Shown piece by piece: positions 28,116-38,852 of a stretch of 64,000 nucleotides of DNA (positions are counted from its first letter, which is position 1; every line of letters starts with the position of its first letter). The notes under the pieces were generated by a model. It had not been told where the DNA came from. It ran no database searches and saw only the letters and a list, made by a program, of their open reading frames with translations. The translations under genes were made by a program, and so were the position numbers. The DNA lies in contig CAZCFY010000012.1 in assembly GCA_964498095.1 (NCBI GenBank), forward strand, positions 69,807-133,806, written 5' to 3'. The DNA is from an uncultured Bdellovibrionales bacterium (GTDB lineage Bacteria > Bdellovibrionota > Bdellovibrionia > Bdellovibrionales > SG-bin7).

Positions 28116-28664
28116 ATGGGCTTAGATAAAAATGACTACAACAAGGGTGGCTTCTACGCGTTTCTTTTTTGTATGATCGCATCGACGGTTTTCTTCGTCT
28201 ATATTTCGTTTGTTCATCCAGGAATTAATATCGATAAACCAAAATTGAAAGCTACGGTTAGCGTTAATGTTGCCGAAGCGGCTCCCGGTGGCGCGGCTCA
28301 GGATATGTCGACGAATCCGAAACCGTGGTTAAGCTCTCCGGAGTTTATTGAATATGGAAAAACTAAATACAAAGCTTCCTGCGCTGTTTGCCATGGAGAT
28401 AATGGTTTAGGTGATGGCCCTGCGGGCGCATCTTTAAATCCTCCGCCGCGAAATTTGGTCGAAGGTAAATGGAAAAAGGGCGGAACTGCGAAAGATTTAT
28501 TTACTTCTGTTCGTGACGGTTTGCCGGGAACTATGATGGCTCCATTTAAACATCTTCCCGTTGTGGACCGTTGGGCTATCGTCCACTTCATCCGTTCGAT
28601 TTCAAAAAGTGCAAAAGCGGATAATCCAGCAGAGTTAGAAAAGTTTGCGAAGGCAGAAAAGTAA
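28116..28664 (+). CDS. membrane-anchored class I c-type cytochrome
   Basis: N-terminal TM segment, heme motif CAVCHG, downstream Met ligand region GTMMAPF. Confidence 0.85.
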   Translation: MGLDKNDYNKGGFYAFLFCMIASTVFFVYISFVHPGINIDKPKLKATVSVNVAEAAPGGAAQDMSTNPKPWLSSPEFIEYGKTKYKASCAVCHGDNGLGDGPAGASLNPPPRNLVEGKWKKGGTAKDLFTSVRDGLPGTMMAPFKHLPVVDRWAIVHFIRSISKSAKADNPAELEKFAKAEK

Positions 28665-28670
28665 TTTTTA

Positions 28671-29519
28671 ATGCGTAGTCTAGCATCTGGTTCTTTCTTC
28701 TGGTTAATTCTAAATGCGACAGCACCTGTGGCGCATGCCGATTATAATGTTAAAGATGTAAAATTAAATGCCAATGAAACTCCTGCGGCACTTAAAGATG
28801 TCGGCATCACCGAAAAATTGGGCGAAACAATCGATTCGGAAATAGAATTAATTAATGAAGAGGGTCAGTCAGTAAAGCTTGGAAGTTTTTTAGGAGCGGA
28901 ACCGGTCATTTTGTCACTGGTTTATTACGGCTGCGCGAATTTATGTAATTATCATCTCAATGGACTTACTGACGGCTTAAAACAAATAAAAGAAGTTCCG
29001 GGTAAAGACTTTAAAATCGTCACGGTAAGTTTTGATACAAACGACACTCCCGAATTAGCAAAAAGTAAAAAATCTTCTTATTTAAAACAACTGGGCCGGG
29101 CCGAAGCTGAAAAGTCATGGCACTTTTTAACGGCAAAAAAAGAAAATATCGAAAAGATCTCTCAGGCCATAGGTTTTAAGTTTAAGTGGAATGAGGCCGA
29201 GAAACAATGGGCCCACGCTTCGGCCGCCGTCTTGATAACTCCCGAAGGAAAAATTTCACGTTATCTTCATGGAGTTTTTTTCGAGCCCAAAACATTAAGT
29301 CTCGCCATTACCGAGTCTTCTCAGCTAAAAATTAGCAATATCATCAACACTTTTGTTCTTTATTGTTTTAAATACGACCCGCAAAAGAGCCGTTATATCA
29401 TTGCCGCTTCTAATATTATGAAGATCGGCGGCTTGCTGGTTATGGGAATACTCTTTTTTGTTTTAACTAAATTTTGGATGAGACAACGTCGCACTTTATT
29501 GAATCAGGGAGAAGGCTAA
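28671..29519 (+). CDS. SCO1/SenC-family copper chaperone
   Basis: CANLC (CxxxC) and downstream WAHASAAVLITPEG His motif. Position is just upstream of ctaC. Confidence 0.8.
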   Translation: MRSLASGSFFWLILNATAPVAHADYNVKDVKLNANETPAALKDVGITEKLGETIDSEIELINEEGQSVKLGSFLGAEPVILSLVYYGCANLCNYHLNGLTDGLKQIKEVPGKDFKIVTVSFDTNDTPELAKSKKSSYLKQLGRAEAEKSWHFLTAKKENIEKISQAIGFKFKWNEAEKQWAHASAAVLITPEGKISRYLHGVFFEPKTLSLAITESSQLKISNIINTFVLYCFKYDPQKSRYIIAASNIMKIGGLLVMGILFFVLTKFWMRQRRTLLNQGEG

Positions 29520-30469
29520 TGTTTGGTTTATCGCAAGCTTGGGCGGATGGAACTTTTATGCCGTTTGAAGGTACTAAGTTCGCGGAGCAAGTGAACTCAC
29601 TCTATTATTTTTTGGTCGTCGCCAGCACGATCTCTTGTATTTTGTTAATTGGCGGAATGATTTATTTCGCCATAAAGTACCGCCGGCGCAGTGCCACTGA
29701 TCAAGTGGGAAGAATGACTCATAACGGTCTGCTTGAGTTTACGTGGAGTTTTATTCCCTTTTTAATTTTTATGTTTGTGTTTGGCTGGGGCTGGTACATT
29801 TACGATCAAATGCGCCATCCTCCCAAGGATGCCTTTGAAGTCCACGTAGTCGCCAAACAGTGGGCCTGGGAATTTAAATATAAAAGTGGACGTACCACGA
29901 GTGATTTAGTTGTACCGGTTGGCACACCCGTAAAACTGATCATGTCATCCGTTGATGTGCTCCATAGTTTCTTTGTGCCGGCGTTTCGTATTAAACAAGA
30001 CGTGGTTCCGGGCATGTTTACACAGCTGTGGTTTGACGCGAATACCGAAGGAGAATACCAAATTTTCTGTACGGAATTTTGCGGTACGCGCCATTCTGAA
30101 ATGCTTTCTAAAGTTCAAGTTATGTCGAAAGAAAATTTTGAAAAATGGCTGGCCACCGATGTTTACAAGGGTTTAAGCCTGCTGGACATTGGCAAAAAGC
30201 TTTATCAGGAAAAGGGTTGCATCGGATGCCATTCAACTAACGGCACTCCCAGCGTTGGCCCCACTTACAAGGGTATGTTTGGCAGCGTCCGCAAACTCGA
30301 AGATGGGCAAGAGACACCCTATGATGAGAACTACGTTCGTGAATCCATCCTTAATCCATCGGCTAAAGTGGCCGTCGGATATAAAGCCGGAGTGATGCCG
30401 ACATTCCAGGGCAGTATTAACGATCAAGAAATTTCGGCCATCGTCGAATTTTTGAAATCGGTAAAGTAG
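29519..30469 (+). CDS. ctaC: cytochrome c oxidase subunit II with fused cytochrome c domain (caa3-type)
   Basis: CuA motif FCTEFCGTRHSEM, C-terminal CIGCHS. TAATG overlap with the SCO1 gene; start at MFGLSQ. Confidence 0.93.
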   Translation: MFGLSQAWADGTFMPFEGTKFAEQVNSLYYFLVVASTISCILLIGGMIYFAIKYRRRSATDQVGRMTHNGLLEFTWSFIPFLIFMFVFGWGWYIYDQMRHPPKDAFEVHVVAKQWAWEFKYKSGRTTSDLVVPVGTPVKLIMSSVDVLHSFFVPAFRIKQDVVPGMFTQLWFDANTEGEYQIFCTEFCGTRHSEMLSKVQVMSKENFEKWLATDVYKGLSLLDIGKKLYQEKGCIGCHSTNGTPSVGPTYKGMFGSVRKLEDGQETPYDENYVRESILNPSAKVAVGYKAGVMPTFQGSINDQEISAIVEFLKSVK

Positions 30470-30479
30470 GAGAGTAAAT

Positions 30480-32075
30480 ATGGCACACACAGCTTCACAC
30501 GGGGAAAATTACTTAAACTGGCAAAAAGGTTTGTGGTCATGGCTTACAAGCACGGATCACAAGCGTATCGGTATCATGTATTTCATTTCTGTTGCGGTAT
30601 TCTTCTTAATCGGTGGAATTTTCGCAATGCTGATCCGTTATGAATTGTTAACTCCGAAACTAGATTTTTTCGCTACTGGCGATGGCTATAATCGGGCCAT
30701 GACCTTCCATGGTGCCATTATGGTTTTCATGGTGATTATTCCCGGTATTCCAGCGTTCCTCGGCAATTTTATTATGCCGATGCAGTTAGGCGCAAAGGAC
30801 GTGGCCTATCCAAAACTAAATCTCTTGAGCTGGTACTGTTTGATGATCGGTGCCGTCGTTGCGGTTTCGTCTCTGGTGTGGAGTGGTGCAGATACAGGCT
30901 GGACTTTTTATACTCCGTATAGCATTAGCAAATCTTTTGAAGGTACAGTGCTCATGGTCGCGGGCGCATTTATCATGGGGTTTTCATCTATTTTAACAGG
31001 TGTGAATTTCGTGGCGACGGTACATAAGCTACGCGCGGCCGGCATGACGATGAACCGCATGCCACTTTTTGTTTGGGCGATTTATTCAACCGCCTTATTG
31101 CAAGTATTGGCGACTCCGGTATTAGCGATTACACTCGTCCTTTTAATTTTAGAAAAAGTTTTAGGGGTTGGTTTTTTTGATCCCAAGCTTGGCGGCGACC
31201 CCGTATTATTCCAACACTTTTTCTGGTTCTATTCACATCCAGCTGTTTACATTATGATCTTACCGGCAATGGGCGTGGTGAGTGAGATTTTAACGACCCA
31301 TTCGAAAAAAGAAATTTTCGGTTATACGGCGATAGCCTATTCTTCTTTGGCGATTGCGGCTGTAAGCTTCTTAGTTTGGGGTCACCACATGTACGTGAGT
31401 GGTCAGTCCGAAATCGCAAGCGTGCTATTCTCGGTATTAACCATGCTCGTCGGTGTACCAACCGCCATTAAGATGTTTAATTGGTTGGCGACACTTTACC
31501 AAGGCTCGATTCGTTTTACGGCGCCGATGCTTTTTGGTTTAGGTTTTCTATTCCTTTTTGCGATTGGCGGCGTCACGGGTATTATGCTGGCCACAATCGC
31601 GATCGACGTACATTTCCACGACACATATTTTGTCGTGGCGCATTTCCATTATGTAATGGTGGGTGGAACGCTCATGGCTATCATGGGCGGCATTTATCAT
31701 TGGTTTCCAAAAATGTTTGGCAAGATGACCAATGACACACTCGGTATTTGGTCATTCGTTTTTATTTTTATGGGATTTAACGTTACCTTTTTCCCGCAAT
31801 TTATCATGGGTGCGATGGGTGCTCCGCGCCGCTATGCTACTTTCTTAGAGCCCTACACCGATCTTAGCCGTATTTCCTCTTGGGGCGCCTTTTTAATTGG
31901 AACAGGCTTCGTCATTGGCTTGATCGCTATTATCCACGGTTTGCTCGCTGGTAAAGAAGCCGGCGAAAATCCATGGGGTTCGACAACGTTAGAATGGAAG
32001 AGTCCATCACCTCCTCCACATGAAAACTTTTTAAAAACCCCAGTAGTAACGGCAGGTCCATATGAGTACAGGTAA
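30480..32075 (+). CDS. ctaD: cytochrome c oxidase subunit I
   Basis: FFWFYSHPAVYIMILPAMG, WGHHMYVSG and VAHFHYVMVGG. Confidence 0.96.
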   Translation: MAHTASHGENYLNWQKGLWSWLTSTDHKRIGIMYFISVAVFFLIGGIFAMLIRYELLTPKLDFFATGDGYNRAMTFHGAIMVFMVIIPGIPAFLGNFIMPMQLGAKDVAYPKLNLLSWYCLMIGAVVAVSSLVWSGADTGWTFYTPYSISKSFEGTVLMVAGAFIMGFSSILTGVNFVATVHKLRAAGMTMNRMPLFVWAIYSTALLQVLATPVLAITLVLLILEKVLGVGFFDPKLGGDPVLFQHFFWFYSHPAVYIMILPAMGVVSEILTTHSKKEIFGYTAIAYSSLAIAAVSFLVWGHHMYVSGQSEIASVLFSVLTMLVGVPTAIKMFNWLATLYQGSIRFTAPMLFGLGFLFLFAIGGVTGIMLATIAIDVHFHDTYFVVAHFHYVMVGGTLMAIMGGIYHWFPKMFGKMTNDTLGIWSFVFIFMGFNVTFFPQFIMGAMGAPRRYATFLEPYTDLSRISSWGAFLIGTGFVIGLIAIIHGLLAGKEAGENPWGSTTLEWKSPSPPPHENFLKTPVVTAGPYEYR

Positions 32076-32709
32076 ACCGTATCATCTTCATCATTACGAT
32101 AGCCCCGAGCATCAGTATTCGACGGCGAAATTAGGAATTTGGTTGTTCATGGCAACAGAAATTCTAATGTTCGGCGGATTATTCGTGCTCTACGCTATTT
32201 TTAAAAATAAGTACCCGGGAATATTTTTGGATGGCTCAAGGTCGCTAAATTGGAAGCTTGGTATGCTCAATACCGCCGTTCTAATTTTGAGTTCATTTAC
32301 GATGGCGCTCGGCATTTATTATTTGCAAAACAATCAAAAGTGGAAGTCGGTAATCAGTTTGTGGATCACCGTGGCGTGCGGCGCGATTTTCATGATTGTT
32401 AAATACTTTGAATGGACGCACAAATTTCATCACGGGATTAAAGCGGGAAAGTTTTTTACTTCACAGGAATTTGAGCATTCCAATCAAGCCCTTTATTACT
32501 CTCTTTACTACACAATGACGGGTCTCCATGGAACACACGTTTTGGTGGGCATGGGGCTTATTATTTGGGTAGCTATAAAGGCTTCTAAAGGACACTTTGG
32601 TCCGCATTATTATACTCCCGTCGAAGGGGTAGGAATTTTTTGGCATTTGGTGGATTTGATTTGGATTTATTTATTTCCGCTTCTCTATCTCATAGATATG
32701 GCAAGGTAA
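32062..32709 (+). CDS. ctaE: cytochrome c oxidase subunit III
   Basis: YYTMTGLHGTHVLVGM and FWHLVDLIWIYLFPLLY. Confidence 0.92.
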   Translation: MSTGKPYHLHHYDSPEHQYSTAKLGIWLFMATEILMFGGLFVLYAIFKNKYPGIFLDGSRSLNWKLGMLNTAVLILSSFTMALGIYYLQNNQKWKSVISLWITVACGAIFMIVKYFEWTHKFHHGIKAGKFFTSQEFEHSNQALYYSLYYTMTGLHGTHVLVGMGLIIWVAIKASKGHFGPHYYTPVEGVGIFWHLVDLIWIYLFPLLYLIDMAR

Positions 32710-32718
32710 GGGGGAGTC

Positions 32719-33060
32719 ATGGCAGGACATCACGATAAGGGACACGGCGCTGACACGCATTCACACGCGCATCACGTTATTCCGTTTAAGATTTATCTTA
32801 CTGTTTTTAGCTCGTTGTTGGTTTTAACACTAGTAACGGTCTATGTAGCAACACATGACTTTGGAATTTTAAATACGCCGATAGCGCTATTTATTGCGAC
32901 ATTTAAGGCATCTCTCGTGTTGGCTTTCTTTATGCACTTAAAATATGACAACATGATGAATCGCGTAATTGTCGGTGTGGCGTTATTTTTTGTTTTTTTA
33001 CTTTTCTTCTTTAGTGGCCTGGACATTTACACAAGGATCGTGCAAACAAGCACCTTGTGA
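32719..33060 (+). CDS. cytochrome c oxidase subunit IV family protein
   Basis: 113-aa 3-TM protein directly after ctaE with a His-rich N-terminus. Position and size match CtaF/CoxD-type subunits. Confidence 0.78.
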   Translation: MAGHHDKGHGADTHSHAHHVIPFKIYLTVFSSLLVLTLVTVYVATHDFGILNTPIALFIATFKASLVLAFFMHLKYDNMMNRVIVGVALFFVFLLFFFSGLDIYTRIVQTSTL

Positions 33061-33932
33061 GGTCTTATTTCGTACTAACCAAGATTGGTATTACAATTTT
33101 CGTAATTATAGCGGGTATCTTAGGGTACCTGCTTGGACATCAAGTTAGTAACCCCGTAGATTTAAAAAAGCTTTTATATTTGATACTCGGCCTTTATTTT
33201 TTAAGTGGGTCGAGTTTTATTTTTAATCAAATTCAAGAGCGGCACATCGATTGTCAAATGCAGCGCACGCGCCTGCGTCCAATTGCCTGCTTCGAAATCA
33301 GTGCGCGCCGCGCTTGGAAATTGGGTACGTTTTTCTTCCTATTAGGCGTCGGCTTTTTATACCTGGCTTCGTGGGTTTCTTGTTTATTGGGACTGCTTTC
33401 CGTTTTAACTTATAACGTTTTTTACACACCTATTTGGAAGGCTAAATGGGTTTTCGGCGCGGTACCAGGGGCGATTCCCGGGGCTTTACCGGTCCTCATT
33501 GGATTTGCCGCCGGTAACTCGGCAATTTGGTCAAGAGAAGCGATTTATATTTTTACTGTTTTATTTTTATGGCAAATGCCACACTTCTGGACTCTCGCCA
33601 TTAAATTACGTGACGATTATCGTGCAGCGGGTATTCCAACGTTACCAGCGGTACGTGACCTGGAAAGTACGCAGTATTACATAGGACTCTATTTATTTGC
33701 TTACGTCGGTGTTGTTCTCGCGGCGCCCTTTTTTGTAAAGACCAACTTATTTTATATCGTCGTGGTTTTACCAATGGTCGTAAAATTGCTTATTGAATTT
33801 TTGCGGTTCCATAAAAACTTTAACGAAAGTTCCTGGTTTCGGTTTTTTATGTGGGTAAATATGAGTGTGATTTTTTTCTTAATCGCGCCCGCATTTGATA
33901 AATGGTACCTCTACTTTTTTGGGAGTATCTAA
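33057..33932 (+). CDS. ctaB: protoheme IX farnesyltransferase (heme O synthase)
   Basis: UbiA-family multi-TM protein with NQIQERHIDCQMQRTRLRP motif. GTG start overlaps the previous stop. Confidence 0.9.
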   Translation: MRSYFVLTKIGITIFVIIAGILGYLLGHQVSNPVDLKKLLYLILGLYFLSGSSFIFNQIQERHIDCQMQRTRLRPIACFEISARRAWKLGTFFFLLGVGFLYLASWVSCLLGLLSVLTYNVFYTPIWKAKWVFGAVPGAIPGALPVLIGFAAGNSAIWSREAIYIFTVLFLWQMPHFWTLAIKLRDDYRAAGIPTLPAVRDLESTQYYIGLYLFAYVGVVLAAPFFVKTNLFYIVVVLPMVVKLLIEFLRFHKNFNESSWFRFFMWVNMSVIFFLIAPAFDKWYLYFFGSI

Positions 33933-34828
33933 TGGTGAGTAAAAATTTTTTGCGCTGGCATACGGTTTTATGTTTTACGGTCTTGGCGTTAATCGCCCTC
34001 GGCGGTGCTGTACGCGCCATGAACGCCGGACTTGCTTGCCCCGATTGGCCACTTTGTTTTGGCGAATATGTTCCAGACTATCATCCGCAGGTTTATTTTG
34101 AATTCATTCACCGCGTATTGGCGGGAACAGTCGGCATCGTGACCTTAATTTTAAATGGCACAATTCTATTAAACAAAAAACTTTCTCGTAACGTACGGAT
34201 TTTAGCTGGCGTAAGTTTTTTGCTATTGGGGTCGCAAGTAATTCTTGGCGGACTTACTGTTCTTAAGCTTTTGCAGTCTATGATAGTAACTCTGCACTTA
34301 ATTTTCGGTCTGGGATTTCTTACCTGCTTAATGTGGATCAACTTGTCTTTACGTCCGCACTCGGTATCTATTAAAATTCCCAGCGGTTTGCGTTTACTTT
34401 CGGTTGTAGTTCTTGGCACTATAGTCGGCCAAATTATTTTAGGCGGCAGCGTTGCCAGCAATTACGCGGGACTCGCTTGTCCCGACTTCCCCTTGTGTAA
34501 CGGCAGTTTTATCCCCACTTTAAGTGGCGGCGTTGGTCTTCATGTGCTTCATCGTCTGGGTGCTTACTTGACCTTTGTCGTAGTGGTGGGTTTTTACATT
34601 TTGTTACGGGGTTGGGATATGGACCCTAAAAACCAACTCCTAAAAGTGGCGCGTGCACTTATTAGTTTGGTCCTGTTACAGGCCGCACTTGGTATTGCTA
34701 ACATCAAATTTTATTTACCGGCCTTAATTACGGTTCTTCATACGTTGGTAGCGGCAACTATAGTAGCTGCGGCAGTTTACATTGTGTTTTTAGTATGGAC
34801 CAATGCCGCTAGAAATCGACTTGCCTAG
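33932..34828 (+). CDS. ctaA: heme A synthase (COX15/CtaA)
   Basis: Duplicated GLACPDWPLCFG / GLACPDFPLCNG motifs and conserved His in TM helices (FIHR, VLHR). TAATG overlap with ctaB. Confidence 0.86.
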   Translation: MVSKNFLRWHTVLCFTVLALIALGGAVRAMNAGLACPDWPLCFGEYVPDYHPQVYFEFIHRVLAGTVGIVTLILNGTILLNKKLSRNVRILAGVSFLLLGSQVILGGLTVLKLLQSMIVTLHLIFGLGFLTCLMWINLSLRPHSVSIKIPSGLRLLSVVVLGTIVGQIILGGSVASNYAGLACPDFPLCNGSFIPTLSGGVGLHVLHRLGAYLTFVVVVGFYILLRGWDMDPKNQLLKVARALISLVLLQAALGIANIKFYLPALITVLHTLVAATIVAAAVYIVFLVWTNAARNRLA

Positions 34829-34879
34829 GAAAATGTAGCACTCCATAATAAGTAAAAATGCCTGTCAATGGAGTGGTAA

Positions 34880-35557
34880 ATGGCTAAGTTTCAAATCGCG
34901 ATCGTCGTTTTTTTCCAATTAGTAATTTCGTCAGTGTACGCGGCGGGTGAATTTCCGGTTCAAGGAAGATTCTTCTTAGGCAGTACTACAATAGAGCCCA
35001 AAGACTTTAACACCGTCGTTGAAGGGGAAGGGTTGGCCAAATATGATAAACTCAATTACTTAGGAGTTGAAATTACCTACCCAGTTCTTGGATTTTTAAA
35101 TGTGGGGGGCCGTTACCATCGCCGCTCGGCGCGGGCCAACGTCGCTGGCTCCACTTTTGATACCGACAATCACGCGCTTATTACGCAAGATTCGGTGCTC
35201 TTCTTGGCGCGCGGAACTGTATTTAGCTCGCCCATTTTTAAAATCGACATTTTTGGTGGCGTGGGGAGCAGCACGACGAAATTTAAAATTAAAACCGGAA
35301 GCCAGGATGGCGAATTAACGAAGGCCCCGGCAACGGAAAATGGATTTGGTTCTCTCTTGACGAGTTACGGCGTCTCCGCGCTCGTAGGTTACAGCTGGAT
35401 TTACTTATTCGTTGAGGGCGGTATCGAACAAAACAAAATTTCTGGTTTTGACCGAAAAGGTACGGTATCAAATTCCTTTCAAGAACTGGATATGTCAGGC
35501 CCATATATTATGGTGGGCCTAATGCTTGACGGTTTAAAGGGAAGCAATAAGAAGTAA
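34880..35557 (+). CDS. hypothetical secreted, beta-barrel-like protein
   Basis: Signal peptide ...SSVYA, alternating beta-strand pattern rich in Gly and aromatics. Confidence 0.5.
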   Translation: MAKFQIAIVVFFQLVISSVYAAGEFPVQGRFFLGSTTIEPKDFNTVVEGEGLAKYDKLNYLGVEITYPVLGFLNVGGRYHRRSARANVAGSTFDTDNHALITQDSVLFLARGTVFSSPIFKIDIFGGVGSSTTKFKIKTGSQDGELTKAPATENGFGSLLTSYGVSALVGYSWIYLFVEGGIEQNKISGFDRKGTVSNSFQELDMSGPYIMVGLMLDGLKGSNKK

Positions 35558-36214
35558 TTAGCGCTGTTCGAAATCGGGCTGTTTCTCTGGTGATGCCTTG
35601 ATGAACGCCGGAATATTCATGCACGCATCAAAAATTCTTTGAATCGTCGGAAATTGCGACATATCGACGTTAAATCTTTTTGCATTAAAAACCTGGGGAA
35701 TAACAAAGCAATCAGCGGCACTAAGTTTATTTTTATGTGAGTAGGTGCCCGCCATGGGTTCCAGAATTTTTTCGAGCGCCATAAATCCATCCTGAATCCA
35801 GTAATGGGCCCACTTGTTTTTTGCCTCTTCGTTGGCGCCAAAATCTTTTTCGATTTTTTGTAAGACCTTAAGATTTTGAATCGGTTGAATCCCGCTATTT
35901 ATTATTTCACAAACTTGACGAACTTTAGCGGCATCAAGCGGGATTGGCGGAAATAGCGAATGACCCGGAAAGTTTCCATCGATATATTCGATGATCGCCA
36001 TCGATTGGGCCAAATACTTCCCATCGTGGAAGAGGCAGGGCACTTCTCCCATAGGATTCATTTTTTTAAAATCATCTTTTCGCTGTTCTCCGCCGTCTTT
36101 TAAGAGGTGAATAGGCTTTATTTCATAGGGAATATCTTTTAAATTGAGAGCGATTCGCACGCGAAAACTCGAAGAGCTGCGGAAATAGCTATAAAGCACT
36201 AATGGCGAAGACAT
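35558..36214 (-). CDS. maiA: maleylacetoacetate (or maleylpyruvate) isomerase, zeta-class GST
   Basis: LYSYFRSSSSFRVRIALNLKDIPYE is the zeta-GST signature region. GAGG sits 6 nt upstream of ATG 36214. Confidence 0.84.
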   Translation of the reverse strand: MSSPLVLYSYFRSSSSFRVRIALNLKDIPYEIKPIHLLKDGGEQRKDDFKKMNPMGEVPCLFHDGKYLAQSMAIIEYIDGNFPGHSLFPPIPLDAAKVRQVCEIINSGIQPIQNLKVLQKIEKDFGANEEAKNKWAHYWIQDGFMALEKILEPMAGTYSHKNKLSAADCFVIPQVFNAKRFNVDMSQFPTIQRIFDACMNIPAFIKASPEKQPDFEQR

Positions 36215-36250
36215 TTTGACCTCAAACGTCAAGTTAAGTATATAGAGATT

Positions 36251-37234
36251 ATGAAGCTTGGAAGTTTAAAAAGCAACAGCCGTGATGGAGAGTTAGTCGT
36301 AGTTAGCCGCGACAATAAGAGAGCGATAAAGGTACCCGAAATTGCCGCTACCTTACGTGATGCCATTGAAAACTGGCCGCAAACGTCGGCGAAACTTAAA
36401 TCGGTTTATGACAATCTTAACAAAAGTGCAGCGCAGGGTTTTTCGGTAAATGAAAATGATTTTCATTCTCCTCTGCCACGGGCCTTCCAGTGGGCTGATG
36501 GCTCCGCGTTTTTGGAGCATGTAAGATTAGTAAGAAAGGCCCGCAACGCCGATATGCCGCCGAAGTTGCTGACGGTACCACTAATGTATCAAGGCGGCAG
36601 TGATGAGTTCTTGGCGCCAACGGAAGACATTCCGCAAATTGATATGGCGCACGGAACCGATTTCGAAGGAGAAATTGGTGTTGTTACCGATTTTGTTCCC
36701 ATGGGAATTTCTCCCGAGGAAGCGGTGAAACGCATTTTACTTGTCGTAATAATAAATGACGTTTCTCTAAGAGGATTAATTCCCGCCGAATTAGAAATGG
36801 GTTTCGGCTTTTTCCAAAGTAAACCTTCAAGCGCATTTGGTCCCTTCGCTCTAACCCCCGACGAATTTGGCGCGGCCTGGAAGGAAGGACGCCTGCATCT
36901 TCCGGTTTTAGTTGAGTATAACGATAAATTTTTTGGCAAGCCCAATGCGGGGGCCATGCATTTTCACTTCGGTCAGCTTATTGCTCATGCGGCTGCGACA
37001 CGGAACTTGGGGCCCGGTACTATTATTGGGAGTGGGACCGTTTCTAACGAAGATCCAAGCGTTGGAGCTTGTTGTATTCAAGAAGTTAGAATGCGCGAAA
37101 AAATCGACACTGGCGATTTTAAGACGCCCTTTATGAAGGTCGGTGATACCGTCACAATTAAAGTCTTAAACGACAAGGGCGAAAATCTATTTGGTACTAT
37201 CCACCAAAAGGTGGCCAAAGCTAAGAGGCCCTAG
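36251..37234 (+). CDS. fumarylacetoacetate hydrolase (FAH) family protein
   Basis: C-terminal FAH fold motifs (EGEIGVV, NDVSLR, GTIIGSGTVSN). Divergent from maiA. Confidence 0.86.
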   Translation: MKLGSLKSNSRDGELVVVSRDNKRAIKVPEIAATLRDAIENWPQTSAKLKSVYDNLNKSAAQGFSVNENDFHSPLPRAFQWADGSAFLEHVRLVRKARNADMPPKLLTVPLMYQGGSDEFLAPTEDIPQIDMAHGTDFEGEIGVVTDFVPMGISPEEAVKRILLVVIINDVSLRGLIPAELEMGFGFFQSKPSSAFGPFALTPDEFGAAWKEGRLHLPVLVEYNDKFFGKPNAGAMHFHFGQLIAHAAATRNLGPGTIIGSGTVSNEDPSVGACCIQEVRMREKIDTGDFKTPFMKVGDTVTIKVLNDKGENLFGTIHQKVAKAKRP

Positions 37235-37237
37235 TCG

Positions 37238-38776
37238 TTACGCGTGAACGTCTTTTCGAGGACTAGAGCCTGCCGTCTTTGGGAGGCGTGGGCCACCTTG
37301 TTCGGTAATCTTAGAATCTAAGTTAGAAAACTTTTTAATATTTTCCATAAACTTAGCCGCCAAATTATTTACTGCTTCACCCTCTGGAATCTGTAAGAGT
37401 TTAGAGTCTACATTTTTAATAGTGGTGGGCACTTCAAAACCAAAAATTGGATGTGGCTTAGTGGGAGCTTTGGCGAGTTCGCCGGACTGAATGTTCCGCA
37501 CTATTTCACGTGTTAGGCTTAAAGGAAAGCGTTCCCCGTGGCCGTAACCTTTACCGGTCCATCCCGTATTCAACAGCCATACGTTGGCTTTTGCTTCGGT
37601 CATATATTTAGCGAGCAGTCCCGCATAAACAGAGGGATTTAGCGGCATAAAAGGCGCGCCGAAACAGGTACTAAATGCGGCCGTTGGTTCTTTAACTCCT
37701 ACTTCCGTTCCTGCTAATTTGGCAGTGTAGCCCGATAGAAAATGGTATTGAGCTTGATAAGAATTTAATTTTGCTACTGCGGGAAGTGCACCAAAGGCGT
37801 CGGCGGAAAGAAAGATGATATTCTTGGGAGCCGAACACTCTTTATTCTGATGGGCAATTTTATCTAAAGCAGAGAGCGGGTAAGAACTTCGCGTGTTTTC
37901 GGTAATGGATTGGTCATGGAAATCAACTTCGCGGGTGCTTTCGTTATAGACCACGTTTTCCAAAATTGATCCAGGACGGTTAGAGGCGCGGTAGATTTCG
38001 GGTTCGCGATCTTCCGTTAAGCCAATCAACTTTGCGTAACAGCCACCCTCAAGGTTTGAAATTCCAGTCGGCGTCCAAACAATTTCATCGTCACCGATGA
38101 GATAACGGTCGTTAGCGGCGGAAAGGGTCGTCTTTCCTGTACCAGAAAGACCAAATAAAACACACGACTCACTACCATCCTTCAGGCAATTTGCTGAAGC
38201 ATGCATTGGGAAGTAGCCCATTTGCGGAAAAATATAATTGGCGAGGCTAAATCCAGATTTTTTAATTTCGCCCGCATAGGCGGTGCCGACGATAACAACT
38301 TGCAGTTCATGCGGATCAAGAAGAATTACGGTCGAATCAATCTGAGTTAATCCAAGATCGTGCGCCGTTTTGTAGGGAATGTGCCATACTTGAATCGTTT
38401 TTCCTTTCGGAGCTTTTTCCGAAACGGAAGGAATTGTTTCTTGGCGGAACATGTTTTTGGCAAAGGCAATATGCCAAGGCGAAGTTGAAGTGACTTCAAT
38501 GGGAAATCCACCAACATATCCACTCATATGATAAATTTTATTTTTTTCTAATTCGGCGCGGGCGCGCTTAAACAATTCAAGTCCGACGTTTAAATCCATC
38601 GCGACATTGACTGGCCCCCAGTCGATTGTATTTTTAAGTTCGGGCCGGTTTAAAACGTAACGGTTTTTTGCGGCTCGGCCGGTGAATTTTCCAGTTTTCA
38701 CAATGAGTGCGCCGTGAGCGCTAAGTACACCAAGGCCGCTCTTGACGGCTTCATCAATTAGCTTCGTAGTATCCAT
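37238..38776 (-). CDS. pckA: phosphoenolpyruvate carboxykinase (ATP)
   Basis: FGLSGTGKTTLS kinase-1a, LIGDDEIVW and NTGWTG. Confidence 0.95.
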   Translation of the reverse strand: MDTTKLIDEAVKSGLGVLSAHGALIVKTGKFTGRAAKNRYVLNRPELKNTIDWGPVNVAMDLNVGLELFKRARAELEKNKIYHMSGYVGGFPIEVTSTSPWHIAFAKNMFRQETIPSVSEKAPKGKTIQVWHIPYKTAHDLGLTQIDSTVILLDPHELQVVIVGTAYAGEIKKSGFSLANYIFPQMGYFPMHASANCLKDGSESCVLFGLSGTGKTTLSAANDRYLIGDDEIVWTPTGISNLEGGCYAKLIGLTEDREPEIYRASNRPGSILENVVYNESTREVDFHDQSITENTRSSYPLSALDKIAHQNKECSAPKNIIFLSADAFGALPAVAKLNSYQAQYHFLSGYTAKLAGTEVGVKEPTAAFSTCFGAPFMPLNPSVYAGLLAKYMTEAKANVWLLNTGWTGKGYGHGERFPLSLTREIVRNIQSGELAKAPTKPHPIFGFEVPTTIKNVDSKLLQIPEGEAVNNLAAKFMENIKKFSNLDSKITEQGGPRLPKTAGSSPRKDVHA

Positions 38777-38852
38777 AATTTCTCCTGAATTGGACCATCT
38801 TATAAAATATTCGCCTGCAAAGTCAGGTGGTCACAGACTATAACGCAATACG